Positions 26,695 to 39,280 of a stretch of 64,000 nucleotides of DNA are shown piece by piece. Source of the stretch: Ramazzottius varieornatus (Eukaryota; Animalia; Tardigrada); the NCBI GenBank assembly GCA_001949185.1, contig BDGG01000003.1, positions 5,267,092 through 5,331,091 of the forward strand, in the 5' to 3' direction. Within the stretch, counting starts at the first letter, position 1, and each line of letters starts with the position of its first letter. The notes under the pieces were generated by a model that saw nothing but the letters and a program-made list of their open reading frames with translations, was not told the DNA's origin and ran no database searches. The translations under genes were made by a program, and so were the position numbers.

Positions 26695-29600
26695 ATGGCG
26701 AAGACAGGAGGAGTTGATGTTCAGGAGCTGAAACGGTTTGTGGAAACTACGTTGGAAGAGCGACAGCAAATGTAAGTAGAAGAAATCCCTTCCTCACGAT
26801 CCTTCATTTTTACAAAGAGGCGCACTTTTTCAGTGTTGTCGGCTGTAAGCATGCGCCACTTAGAATGATCTTGTCCAGTTTGATTCTTTTCCAAAATGGC
26901 GCACGTTTTCAATCCAACCGTTCATGGATATCAACGTATTTCTTTCATGTAGAGCGATATTTGAAGAGGATGATTCGGACGAGAGGAACTCTCACGCAGT
27001 TCAAGCTCGTCACGTCGAGTTACAGTATCCCGACCAGAGCAACGACGATGGAATCTCCCGTCAGCATAGCCACTACGTCTCCACCAAGCCCTGTATCGAA
27101 TACAAGTGGGAACAGTCTTTTTACCATGGACGCCTCATTGCCGTTCACATGTCCGGTCATATCCTGGCCTATACTCTTCAGACCCACCATAGTGGCAAAG
27201 TCAGAGTGACCACCGAAGAGGCCAGTAAGGATGGACGATGTCTCCTGAAAGACTTCTCGACGCAACTGGCGGATATCGATTTCGCTCATGTCCCAGATGC
27301 CTACTACATAGCCTGTATGGAACAAGATGGATGGTGCACTGTCTTTGCCATCCATGATGTCAAGCCGATGAAATACGAGCTGATTGTAAAGGTAGGAAAG
27401 ACTTGTCAAGTTCGGTTCCATTTTACCGAATGTGCATACTCGTGTGACGTCATGCGCTGAATGGCCAGAAAATGCTCGTGGCGCGGCCTTGAATAGTTCG
27501 CTCATATGAGCACGGCCCTGAACGGCCATATGAAGTATAGTGGCACAGCCTTGACTGGCATGTGCATTCTTCTACTTCCGCCTTTCACTGTACTTATCAC
27601 TTAACCTGTCTTTTTGTGTTCTAGATTAGGATAAGTGCGGGAATAACTAAGGAAATCACGGAAGCTGGGCTTCCTTGTCGGGCCATTTGGTGTGTCCATG
27701 TTCCCGAGCAAGGAGCCAAGCCGTCCTTCCTCGACTCCGGAGACGTGTCCAACTGCCTCGCACTCACTTGTGGAGGTAAAGCAGTGGTCGTTAGTGTCCC
27801 CAGAATGCAGGAGGCTGCCGGTGCGGAGAACCAGCCCATCACGGTGGAAGAGATGGAGACGAAGAAAGGTCTGGCTATCATGAAAGCTGGTGCCAACATT
27901 TGGGATGGCAAGATGTCCCCCGACGGTGTCGTGCTGTGCTTGGCTCGAGAAGACGGATGTGTACATTTCTACCAGGTAAATTTATCTTTTTCTGAGTCGA
28001 AATATCGTATCACGAATACGGGTGGCTGTTATCTGAAGTGGCGCACGGTACTAGCCACGAATCATGGAAAAGTGCGCCACTTACAAGATCTTCATGCCAC
28101 GTGGCGCAGGTTTTTAGCGCTGGTTGCCGGAAGCATGCACCGCTTGAGATGACAGTCTTGCATGCTTCGTTTGCCGACCTGGCAGTCTAATAATAGTTTC
28201 TTTGCAGTGTGTTTTGCGGAAGGGTGAGTCTTCAGAAGAAGAGTACGCGCCGCTGGTGTACACCTGGACGCCACACGATGGGCGACCAGTTCACAGTCTC
28301 AACTTCTTCGACGACTTCACCTCCAACTCCAAGCAAGAGCAGTTCTGGATGTTCGCCGTCAGTGGCTGTGAGTATGGCCGGCAGTTCAAAATATGGAACT
28401 GCCAGCATTGGTACTGCCTCCAAACCATTGATGTGCTGGCCTCTGTCGATCGTCCCTTGGAGAGCGTGAAGCTGCAGGTGACGGTGGACCCGACAGGGCA
28501 GTATTTGATCCTGGCAGACACCCAGAAGAACAGGCTGATGTTCTTGAGAGTGGATAAAGACCTGAAGAAGCGGGTAGCGATCGTTAGTTCGGTGAACGAA
28601 TTCGTGGTAGGATCACCGATCCTCAATGTGGTGGCGGTCAGCTTGAGATCCATTCGTCCCGGTGAGGACAACCGCGATTCCCCGCGCTTGGACCACGGTA
28701 AGAAAGCGGGGAAATCGGTTTTCGTGAACCTGCATACATGAAATCAGACCTAGAGGCATGGTTTCATGTCTGCAAGTTCATGACGCTTGTGAGGATTCAT
28801 GAACCTGAACACACTTGGCTGTACTGTTACCGTGGTGTCTTGTAAGCAGGTTGTTGTCGCGCTGGCTTTTGATCGAGCTTTATTTGGATTTTCTTTCGCA
28901 GGTGACAATAACGAGAACGGATTTGAAGCCCAATTGATGACATTACATTCGCATCTGTTCCAGCACATGAATGTAACGTACATCGGTGAACAGCTTCCCT
29001 CGAAAGACCGCTCCAGTTCGCTCAGCTCGGAAACCCGACAAGAAGCCAACGTTGCCATCAAATCTTCTTTCTCGAAAGTCGAAGATTCCCTTCAAGCTTC
29101 AAACACTTCGGCCAAGATTAAGAATGAGCCCTCGTTCTCAGCTCTGAATGGTAGTGTGGAGAGTGAGAAGGAAAAGCCGAAGAAAGAAAGGAAGAAGAAG
29201 AGGGAGAATGCCAAGAATGTGGAAACGTTCTCGTCGGGTGCAGAGTATGAAAGACCTGACTGGGTCACCACGTCGGAGGAAGGCCACGAATCGATGCTGG
29301 AGGATTTGGTCAGCAAGAAGAACGTCTCCACGGAGCTGGGAAGCACTTTCGATGTGATAAGGCCGCTCGTCAAAGATGTCAGTGAGACGGACTTCTCGTC
29401 CATCATGGACGAATTCCAGGTAACCAAGAAAATCGGATGAATTTTCTAGTTCAGATAGAGCAGCGGAGAAAATTAGCGCAAAAACTGGATTTTCCAAAAA
29501 GAATTGAAAAAGAATCTTATAATGGGAGCTCCGGGACAGACTCGACAAGATAGCTTTTCCAAGTGGCGCACTCTTACCGCCATTGACACGGACAGCGTGC

Positions 29601-32561
29601 GCCACTTGGGAAAATAGTCTTGTCGAATTTGCTTGCTTAGGCATTAAGCGATCGGGACAAGTTGGAATCGTTGCTGCGGAAAGAGAAACATGTTTTTCTT
29701 CTATATTACTTTCAGGTGTTGAACGATGGGAGAAAAGGCGAGACCAGACAAGAGTCGGTTTCGCAGCCGAGGGACAACGGCCAGTCTTTCGCCGCCGACT
29801 CGCTCGACTCCATCGCAACCAGTACCGCCAAGCTCTCGCTGGATTCTCCCGCTGACGTCATGGAAAAGATCAAAACACAGAACAAGCAAGAGGAAGTGGT
29901 TTTCGGGGCGCCACCGGTCAACGAAGGTGTCAGCGCTACCGCCACCATGCTATCGGTCAGCTCGGTAGCGTCTTTGGAGAGCGTGCTCGTAGCCAGGGAG
30001 AACTTCCACACTGCTGAAAACAGCTTTGTCTCCGAAAACGGTAGGGGGATTTCTTACTCTCAAGTAAATAAAAATGACATTTAGAATATCTTTATTTTAA
30101 TATTGGTTTTCGAATTTATCCCTCAAAGTCCGTCCCGACGACTGGCTGGCTGGGCAACTGAGCCTTCACTTTGACCTCGAACTATGTGTGTTGACTTCCT
30201 TGCAAGCATCTGAGTTCAAAGCCTGATTTTTTTTTCTCGATAGTTTTATGTATTTTTCGGTCTAATGGAACTTTGCGATCTTTTTTCAGAAACGCCTTCG
30301 TCGACCTCGGAGACAGACAAGCAAAGACAGCGACAGTCTTTCGAGACTCTCCTTCCCCCTCAACTGCTTCAAGGAAGCATGAATAGCGTCTCGAACGACC
30401 GTCTGGAGCAGATGGAGAACACTCTCAAGACGATTGTGTCGGCCTTGCAGCATCAAACGCAGATGGTCCAGCGGCTGGCTGCCACGGTGGAAACTCTCAA
30501 AGCTCAACCGGTCCACAACGGCCATAGCAGTGTCCCGACGGAAAGCTCGGAGGTTGTCTCCAGGAAAAACGCCGAGATGGTCTCCAAGTCGCTGCTAGTT
30601 CCTATCCAACAGATGGAAACTCGAATGGTAACTTCTTCTGAAAGACTGACAATTTTGGACGTGAATAGACAAACTCGGTTAGATGCTTTCTCCAAAGTGG
30701 CGCACTCGTCCAACCAACAAGACCGAAGGCGTGCGCCACTTAGGAAAACAGTCGAATGGACAAGATAGTTTTCTTGAGTGGCGTACTCCTCCAGCGAATA
30801 GTACTGGATATGTGCACCACTTGCGAAAGCAGTCTTGTCCAATACACCGAAAATGTTTTGAAGGTATTCGGGCTGTATAAAAAGATTGAGTATGGGCTTT
30901 TCCGTAGGCGAATTCACTTCAGGGGTTGGCTCCGATGATCGAAGCTGCCGTCGCTCGAGAATTGACCAAACAGCTCGGTCTCTCACTCAGAAATGCTCTG
31001 AAACTTCTCACGGAGAAACTGGCCACCGATGTTTTCATGAGATTGAACACCGTAGAAGCAACTTTGTGCCAGAAGGTGGCCGAATCACTTCGTTCCCCAC
31101 AGTTTAATCAGACACTCTCCGCCAGCGTTTCCGCACAGTTGGGTGAAGTAGTCAAACTGGCCGTCAGCTCTGTCGTTGCTGGACAGTTGGTCAACTCTAT
31201 CAACCAGATCATGAATCAAGCCATCGGTAGCATCAACCAGGTCTTCAACCAGGGCACCAAAGACTATTTGGCACAGATCAACCGAAGTCTGGAAGGCTAC
31301 TTCGTCAGGATGGACGGTGTTGTGGAACAAGGCTTTAAAGGCATAATACAAAGGAGACTGACTAGTCCGCCTTTCGGATACCTGCACACATGGCCTCTTG
31401 GACGTAAAGTGCTGAGCATGTGTGCAGCAACGCGACAGTTTTGTGCGCACCCGAGACATGCACCTGCATACGTGTTCTCCATGTTGCGGCAAGTGTCGTA
31501 TATGCAGGTGCATTAGGTGCTGGCCTGTGACTTTCCGACGTGCACCTGCATGCATGCGCAACATTGTCGAAGATGAGTTTAGTGTGTGCAGGTGCTGACA
31601 AGACTGCTCAACTTGATCTACTGGGCTCTTCAGTAATAAAGGGATGGTTTTGATTGTAGGAATGGATGAATCCAATGGAAAGGCTTACAAGGCTGGCCTG
31701 AAACAAGTTTCTAGCGAACTCTCGCAGAAGGTGGAAGGCATCGTTGAGAGGAACATCGAAGGGCTGTACGGTCAGCTGATGCAAAACTTGGGCGGACAGA
31801 TCAGCCAGAAGGTGACGAGCTTCGTAAGAGAAGAAATGAGGGAACAACAGGGCGTACTGCATGACAGTATGGTGCAGATGCTCAGATCGGGAGTGGCTAC
31901 ACCCGGCGGAGCAGTGCTGGGATCACAACAGAAGATACAGAGTCTGATGCAGGAAATCAAGGCCGCCTTGGACAAGCAAGATGTCAACAACGCTTTCAGA
32001 CTGGCACTGTCAGCGTCCGACTTGGGTGCGGTGTTGTACGTTTGCGAGAAAGTCAACGTCCATGAGGTAAGAATCTTTCTGAAAGTTTTCTACCATTTTT
32101 GTGGTACGGAAATACCGGTACGGTTGGGTTCGATAGAAACCAGGGTGAAGTTGTATGGTTATGTGTATAAAGATAGCTTGGTTTCTATTTGACGTTACTG
32201 GAAGTGAGATTTGAAGGGGGTTCTGGTGTTGCAGTTGTTCATGAGGCCAGATTCGCTTCAGACGCCGGTCCTTTTCTCACTGATCCAACAACTAGCAGCA
32301 GATATCGGCTGCAAGACGGAGCTGAAGATTCAGTATCTGGAAGAGGCCCTGATGGCAGTGCGCTCCGACGACCTGGAAGCCAGTTCCTTCAAGTACCTCA
32401 AGACGGTGCTGACGGAAGTGGTGTCGAAGCTGCAAAAGTTCCTTCGAGAGAACCCTCAGCATGCAGCCTACAGGACAGTGAGGCTGCTGGCCAATAATGC
32501 TAACCTTCACCTTTCACAGATCAGTCGCCAGAGTGGCAAGGCCACCGATGGTGCCTTCTAA
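26695..32561 (+). CDS. EDC4: Enhancer of mRNA-decapping protein 4 (Ge-1), multi-exon
   Basis: N-terminal WD40 region (YKWEQSFYHGRLIAV, LLKDFSTQLADIDFAH, WTPHDGRPV, KIWNCQHWYCLQTI), a low-complexity linker, a coiled coil, and the Ge-1 C-terminal domain (AFRLALSASDLGAVLYVC; VLFSLIQQLAAD..TELKIQYLEEA). Confidence 0.88.
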
Positions 32562-33124
32562 GTGAAAAGATCTGACAGCAGTCATGCTCTAGCCATGGTG
32601 ATGCATCGTTGCCGTTACTCTGTGTAGACTTCTGTTCTTGGTTGCGTTGAAGAAATGACGGCCCTGTATATGTAGACGTTGACGGTACGAGACTTGCATA
32701 GCTTTTGTTATTACTGCAGATGTTTGCTTTGTACACACGCGCCTGTGAAAGTTTTGGCTTTGATGCTTTTTATGTTGGATTCATTTACACGGTAAAGTTC
32801 CGCTGGGAAAAGAATGGCAGTTGAATCAGTTGGTACGATGCAGTCAGTGGCAGCGTACGACGGGAACAAAGGACTGGTCATATTGGCTGTTGTCGTTGGA
32901 AACTGCTGAGCTCTCCAGCTTCTTCGAAATGGAACATTTCTTGGCCAGAAAACGCTTGGCTGTTTGGATTGTGCAAGATGTGCGGCAATGCCCTCTGCCA
33001 AACGTCAACAGTCTGTTGGACGGAGTGGACCAACAAGAAGAACCGTAAGTTGACGCTGGTCCCAACCGGAAGTCAACCGGAAGTGAGCCTTTCCGCGCCA
33101 ATTGGGGGTTGTTTCTTACACTTC

Positions 33125-35774
33125 ATGATGAAACTATTTTGGTTGACCCTAGCTGTTGGCAGTTCGATATGGGAGACGGTCAAGGGAGCTGCGGTAAGTG
33201 AGGCTGTGTTGGGCTTAGTTATCCGGAAGTAACATGCAAATCTGAGCTGGGCAGCGAAATGAAGCGGATCGCTATGTCAAGTGGCGCACGTTCTCGTTAG
33301 TGTCGGCCGACAACGTGCGTCGCTTGTCAGAAACGGTCTGGGTGAGTTGATTTGCTCAATCCCAAATGATACGATGGCTTTTCTTTCCAGACGATAACCT
33401 TCACGGGAACGAACGCCACTTCGTCAGCCACCTCCACAAGTCAATGTGTCTACGTCAACGGCGTCTGTACCAATCCAGGAAGCTCCGGAAGCCAGTTCCA
33501 GACTCCGTACTACAATAGTCAAACGTTGGGCCAAACTGGCTCGACCATCGCCTGCATCAACAATATCTGCCCCACTACAGGTTGATTTTATATGCTTGGA
33601 CGGATTTTGAAACTCAACTATAAAAACACCACTGATCATATTGCATTCAAATATGGAACTCTTGTATTTCAAGCACTAAAAATCACGGTATCAAAGTTTG
33701 GCTTCGGTTGCGCGAGTCCGACGGAAAATACAGGACGAAGTTTCGAGAACCCGGAAACTGAGTGTACGTTTTCGGCAAGCACCGGCGCGCGCCAAAAATA
33801 TTTCTGTTGCCACATGAACGTTTCCAGAAAATTTTCACCAACCCTATCCTGTTCCAAACTCCATCGAGTACAGGAGAAAAATCGATTGTGTCATGATATC
33901 GTAAACTTGTGGGGCCTGCGACAGTAAAAGTGTGTGCGCTGGGTGACTGCACTGAGATTATTTTCACCTTTCTCGACTTCTGCGTTTTCGAGCGAGCCAT
34001 ATCTGGCAGACTATACTTCAACTTCAAGGTAAGCCAATCTTCCATCAGACGAATTTATTATTAATGCACGCAGCGCTCTTCAAACTCGGCCATAAAAATT
34101 TGAAACATTTCAAGAATATTTGACCGGAATATCACAGTTTCTGTTTACCTATCAAAGGCCAAATACAGGCACGTTCGCTCAAAAGTAAAACTAGGGGTTC
34201 AAAGACCAAACAATGCTCTGTCGAATAAGTGGCAGACCATTGAAATCAATGGAGATACCTCTCTGCTGTCCGGAGCAAAGTCCGGCTGACAGGTGTTTTC
34301 CGGGTGCATGCGGTTTTATTTTGCTTGTTTTTCGGATATATGCATTCTCCACAGAACTTTCCGGAAACAATGCCGGATGCCCCAACTATTTGATGGGTAA
34401 ATTTGGCAAGAGTAGCATCAATCCTGATTTTACTATGAGTTTTTAAGATCCGTCCAAGCAATTAAAATCAAGCTGTGTCGGCCAACAATGCTTCACCGGC
34501 TACTGTACTTCCACAAATTTAAACATTTAAATAACTTCCTCGGCGGAGGAACCATCGCTTGTATCAATAACATCTGTCCGACTACAGGTCAGCAATGCTT
34601 CACTGGGTACTGTACATCTACCAACAATAATTTCCTTGGTGGAGGCATCATTGCTTGTATCAACAATATCTGTCCGCCTACCGGCCAGCAATGTTTCACC
34701 GGCTACTGTACTTCCACAAACTTAAACAATAACGTTTTGGGTGGAGGAACTATCGCCTGCATCAACAACATCTGTCCGACCACGGGTCAGCAGTGTTTCA
34801 CTGGCTTTTGTACATCGACCACTTCGACCTACAACCCCTGTACCTTCCTCAACGGGATATGCACCTATTCTGGATCGAACCTCTACACCTCGCCCATCAA
34901 CACCGGACAGTGTACTTTTTTGAATGGCCAATGCTACAACACGGGAACGAGTAATCTCAATAACTTCGGTAGCGGACAGTACACTTGTGTCAACGGCTAT
35001 TGCACACCGACCAATGGAGGTATCAATGGGGGATTAGGCTCTCCGATCTTCGCTTCGACGTCCTACAGCTTCACCCCGTCGTCCTGCGCACCGGGAACAG
35101 TCATCGGTCAGGTGTATGCCTCCAACGCCCAGAGCTACCAGTTGATCAACAGTGGTGGCAGCGCTTTCGGTTCGTCCGGTAAGTACCAAACTTTACCAAC
35201 GCGAACAACTTTACCGAACATAGATGACATCAGTACAGAAATTGAAATGCCGCAACCGAAACGTCCGAAATCCTTTTCTGTAGTGGCGCACGCTTCCGGG
35301 CGATAATAATGACAATCTGCGCCACTCCAACATTGCGGGATTTTCCAGTTGCTTAAACGACGGGTTTTTGGAGGAATCGAACCGAGGCGGCCTGGTGATC
35401 GACTTACTGATGATAATGCGCTTTTTGTTTCAACAGGTCAATTTTTCGTATCGCAGTTCGGACAGGTCTTCGCGTCGACCTACGTTCCCGGTGGTACATA
35501 CTATTTAACCATCAGTGCCCTGGGGTTCACAGGTATTTCTGGAGCCACCGCCACCGTCATCATTACGTGCAATGGGCCATCTAACGGCATCGGGGGAATC
35601 GGAACGACGATTGCCTGTATCAACAACATTTGCCCCACTACTGGTCAGCAGTGTTTCACCGGCTTCTGCACATCCTCCACCGGTATCGGAACTACGATAG
35701 CCTGCGTCAACAATATTTGTCCCACCACTGGCCAACAGTGTTTTACTGGGTACTGTCAAAGCTCGTTCGGCTAA
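33125..35774 (+). CDS. Secreted Cys/Thr/Gly/Asn-rich repeat protein with a cadherin-like beta module; predicted 395 aa (exons 33125-33193, 33391-33580, 34588-35178, 35437-35774)
   Basis: Signal peptide MMKLFWLTLAVGSSIWETVKG. Five IAC(I/V)NNICP(T/P)TGQQCFTG(Y/F)C repeats plus several C..NGxC hairpins. A PIFASTSYSF..PGTVIGQVYA...YYLTISA...ATVII module. All splice phases are compatible. Confidence 0.75.
33578..34475. mobile_element. Non-autonomous Tc1/mariner-type DNA transposon (about 900 bp) inserted in a coding repeat
   Basis: Left end CAGGTTGATTTTATATGCTTGGACGGATTTTGAAACT versus reverse complement of the right end CAGCTTGATTTTAATTGCTTGGACGGATCTTAAAAACT. TA lies on the left and TG (a degenerate TA) on the right. 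It splits CPT.|GQQCFTGYC. Confidence 0.8.
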
Positions 35775-36246
35775 AACCCAGGTTTTCTCGTTCTTCTCCG
35801 CGAAAAGCCAACCACGACCGGTAGAAGCATTATTCCGGCAGGATGCAGTGCTGGATAAAATTTCATCGATTTTTCTAATCGCTATTTGGTCTTTAACTTG
35901 CTATTTTGGTTGCTTTCGTTTTTCATATCATGATTCGGAATAAAGAAATTTATCATCTGCCGGGCGCGGAGGAAAACGGGAAGAACCAGCAACTCCGTTA
36001 AGTACTGATGTTCTTTTCTCTTTCTTTCCAGATACTGCACATCTAATTCGGTGGGTTCAAGAAACAGCATCTACGACATTTCGTGTTATGTACAGGGTCA
36101 ATACGTTTGCGGAAATTTTGGAAAATAAATACCACGAAAGAAACGTTTAGTATCGCAGACATTCGTTGCTAGCAAATCGCAATCGTACAGGATAAAAGTG
36201 TCAGGTCTGCAGTTTTAACCTTCTCCGTCAGTCTGCCGAGTATCGC

Positions 36247-38815
36247 TCAAAAGAGTTCGTTGAAGGGATAATTTACCGAATCTTTGACCCTACGAACACA
36301 AGCATCAGGTATTCCGGCGGCATACGGGAAAGAATTCGACCGCAATTGCTTACTGATCGTAGATGAAATAACGCATATTGCGGTCCAATGTGTCCAGCTG
36401 CTGTACTGTATATCCTCATCGCTCAGCTTGAAGTCTAAAATGTCAAAGTTCTCTTTTATCCGATTCCGATCGACGCTTTTAGGAACAATGATCCGATCCA
36501 GCTGGACAAGATATCGAGTCAAAATCTGCCAAAAGAAACCACTCGCTGGAAGGAGGCTCACACAGATTGTTTTCAAAACTCGCGCACGCCTCCCGTGTTT
36601 TGGACTGAAGGCGTGCGCCACTCACGGAAACGATCTTGTCGAGTTTGTTTGACGAAACTTCGCAAACTCTATTATCTTGTTGTACTACTGACATGAGCAG
36701 AAGAAAACCCCGTACCTGCGCTACTGATTTCTTGTGACGCTCAGCGATGTCTTTTAGCAGAGGCTCTTCCAGTAAGATTGGTTCGCCTGGCCTGACACCC
36801 GGACGGGCTGGCGAACCCAGTGGCGCATAGGCCGTGATGCTAATGCCATGTCATGTGCAAAAGTCATACAAGGGCTTTTGCATCAGGTAGGCGTGACACT
36901 CCACCTGGAAACAGATGGGAAGGATAACCAACTGGTCAAACGAACAGATACAGTCGTGGAATTAGGGCAGTGTGTTCCGGCAGCGCTCGGCATAATGACT
37001 GTACCTGCATGTTGGCCGGCTTTATACGTGCGTGCTCCAAGATGTATTCGGTCTGTACCGAGTTGAAGTTGGAAAGACCTATGGCGCGTACCAAGCCCTG
37101 ATCGACAGCGCTCTCCAGTTCCTAATAATGAAAAGGACAGTTTGATATATTCAGCAACGTCTAGAGGGTCAGGATCAATTTAATCGAGTGCAGCCTGCCA
37201 AACCATGTGGTTGACGGTTCGAGGTCCTCGAGAGGCACACACTTCAGCAGATCCTCATCGTGCGAACAGCACCATCAGCCGCGACTTTTCTGGCCCTTGC
37301 CCAGTTCGGGTCAAACTGCTATAGTTCCAATCAATTATACCCGTCAAGAGTCAAGACCAACTTAGCGAAAGGACTGACTGATCACATTCTCGAGTGGCGC
37401 ACGTTCTCGTGTTAGTACATAGCAGGGTACGCCACTTGAAAATCTTGCCGAGCTCTCGTGTTTTCCTAAGTGGCGCACTCTTCCAGTCTCATTGGCTGGA
37501 TAAATGCGCAAGTGGGGACAACGGTCTCTATAACCTCGTTTTTGCTCACGGTTTATATATCATTAACACTTTCAGCATGATCGTTTTCATGTTTGCAGAA
37601 TACTACCGTCCTGTTTGTGTATGCAGGAATTTTATTGGCTGGTACCGTGTTGCGGAGGCTGGTCCAACCAATAGGCAATTTTCGAAATTTCAAAATTCGG
37701 ATAACTGGCAGGCCATGAACGCTAAATGTCAAAAGGGAGAACTGGTCGTCTTGATTTTCTTCTGACCGCACTGATGACTAACAAATTTATCCCAGGCTCG
37801 GCTTCGACAGATAAGACTGTCCCCAGTGTTCCAGTTCTTTTCTAAGCGAATACCGCGCACGTGTCTCGCGCGAAGAGACGAAACACCAAATTTCACCAAA
37901 ACCACCCGAAACCGTAGAAAAATTTCCAGCGTGCTGGGGTTTGCTGACCGCTGGTCATTAGTGTTGCTTTGGTGAGAAGACCGAGGTACATGCAAACAGA
38001 AAGACCCCGACCCGAAAGACGAGAAGCTAAAACTGGGAGGTGAATAAAACTGAGTGATGGTATACACAAAGAGGACAGTCGTACGCAGAGTGTTAAAGTA
38101 CCAGTTTTAGTGATATCATTTATACTCGCAAAGTCGTTTTACTGTACTCGTACTTTCCACAAATATTTGAAGTCGACCTTTGCATACGCTATTTTGCCGT
38201 GAGGAGTCAAGGGGAAAATGGTGTTGTCATCTGGAAATGATACCGGAGCATAAGACTGTGAACTATGAGAGCACTAGAATATGCTATGAACTGGATGGCG
38301 GACGAACCGACGTATTTGAAGGAGGTTGGGCTGTGAAAAAGCAACAGGTCGACATAGTCCATTTTCAGGTTTTGCAGAGACGTTCTCACACCTCTCAAAG
38401 TCTGCTCGGGATGATGGAAAATGTTCCATAGCTGGAAGAACCCATACCTGTCCATCAGGATTTTTTAATAATGTTTGAAGTGAATGTTACACCGACCTTT
38501 GTTGTGATGAAGATGTCGTCTCGTTTGATTTTGCCTTTGTCGATCTTCTGTTGCACAGCTTGCCCAACTTCCGCTTCGTTCCCATAGAAGTAGGCGGTAT
38601 CGAACATGCGATAACCGACATCGATGGCGGTCTTTACCGCTTCTCTAACTTCATTGGGTGGAGACTGCGGCCACAGCGAAAGAAGAAAGACCAGTCGAGG
38701 AAGTCCGTCAAGGGTGCTTAGAGGCAAGTACCTACTTCAGTACCTGCCACGTACCCAAGCCGAGCATAGGCATCTTCTGTCCATTGTGCAGCGTCACCGA
38801 TGGCTCGAAATCCAT
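36247..38815 (-). pseudogene. Aldo-keto reductase (AKR1-like) pseudogene or null allele
   Basis: MPMLGLGTWQ, DTAYFYGNE, IFITTK, LFHSP, IGLSNFN, VECHAY and IVPKS, with the same exon layout as the paralogue at 43567-45838. There is an in-frame TGA at 36853-36851 and a 5-bp frameshifting duplication at 36401-36410. Confidence 0.8.
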
Positions 38816-39280
38816 CTTGGCCCGAATGGACGAAACATGGAAATGTCGACATGGGCAAGTCTGTCCAGTGGCATGGATGAAGGAGCGGAAAGAACCTTTG
38901 CATAACTTTGAGCGCAAATTCCGGTGCATTGCTGACCAGGATAGACCCGGAAGTGAAGTACAAGTACGACAGCGCTCGAGCTACCACCGGTAGAGAAAAC
39001 GTTTGTTTACTTTGGTTCGATGAAATATCAGCTAAGCAACAGACAACTGGCGAATTTAAGATGGACATTTAATTTTGGATCTGAAAGCCAGAAGCCAGAC
39101 TTCACTCATCCAATGAAAACTGGTCTTTTTCGAGAACAAGAAGGAAGAAAAAAGAAAAAATGAACTGGACATCCGTTCTGAGCTTCTTTGCCGGCCTGCC
39201 AAATTTCGATAGCGGCTTAGATGAATTGGTATTGCCGCAGCGCATTCCGACATCCAGATTCAGCCCGTCGGTTTAGATAG

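Noticed and set aside
34473-34520. AG at the right TIR (34471-34472) as the splice acceptor
   Set aside because: It gives a frame that stops within about 16 codons. The acceptor at 34587 restores the repeat.
36851-36853. In-frame TGA in the AKR as selenocysteine or readthrough
   Set aside because: It is at a non-catalytic position (Gln in the paralogue), no SECIS was recognised, and there is an independent frameshift downstream.
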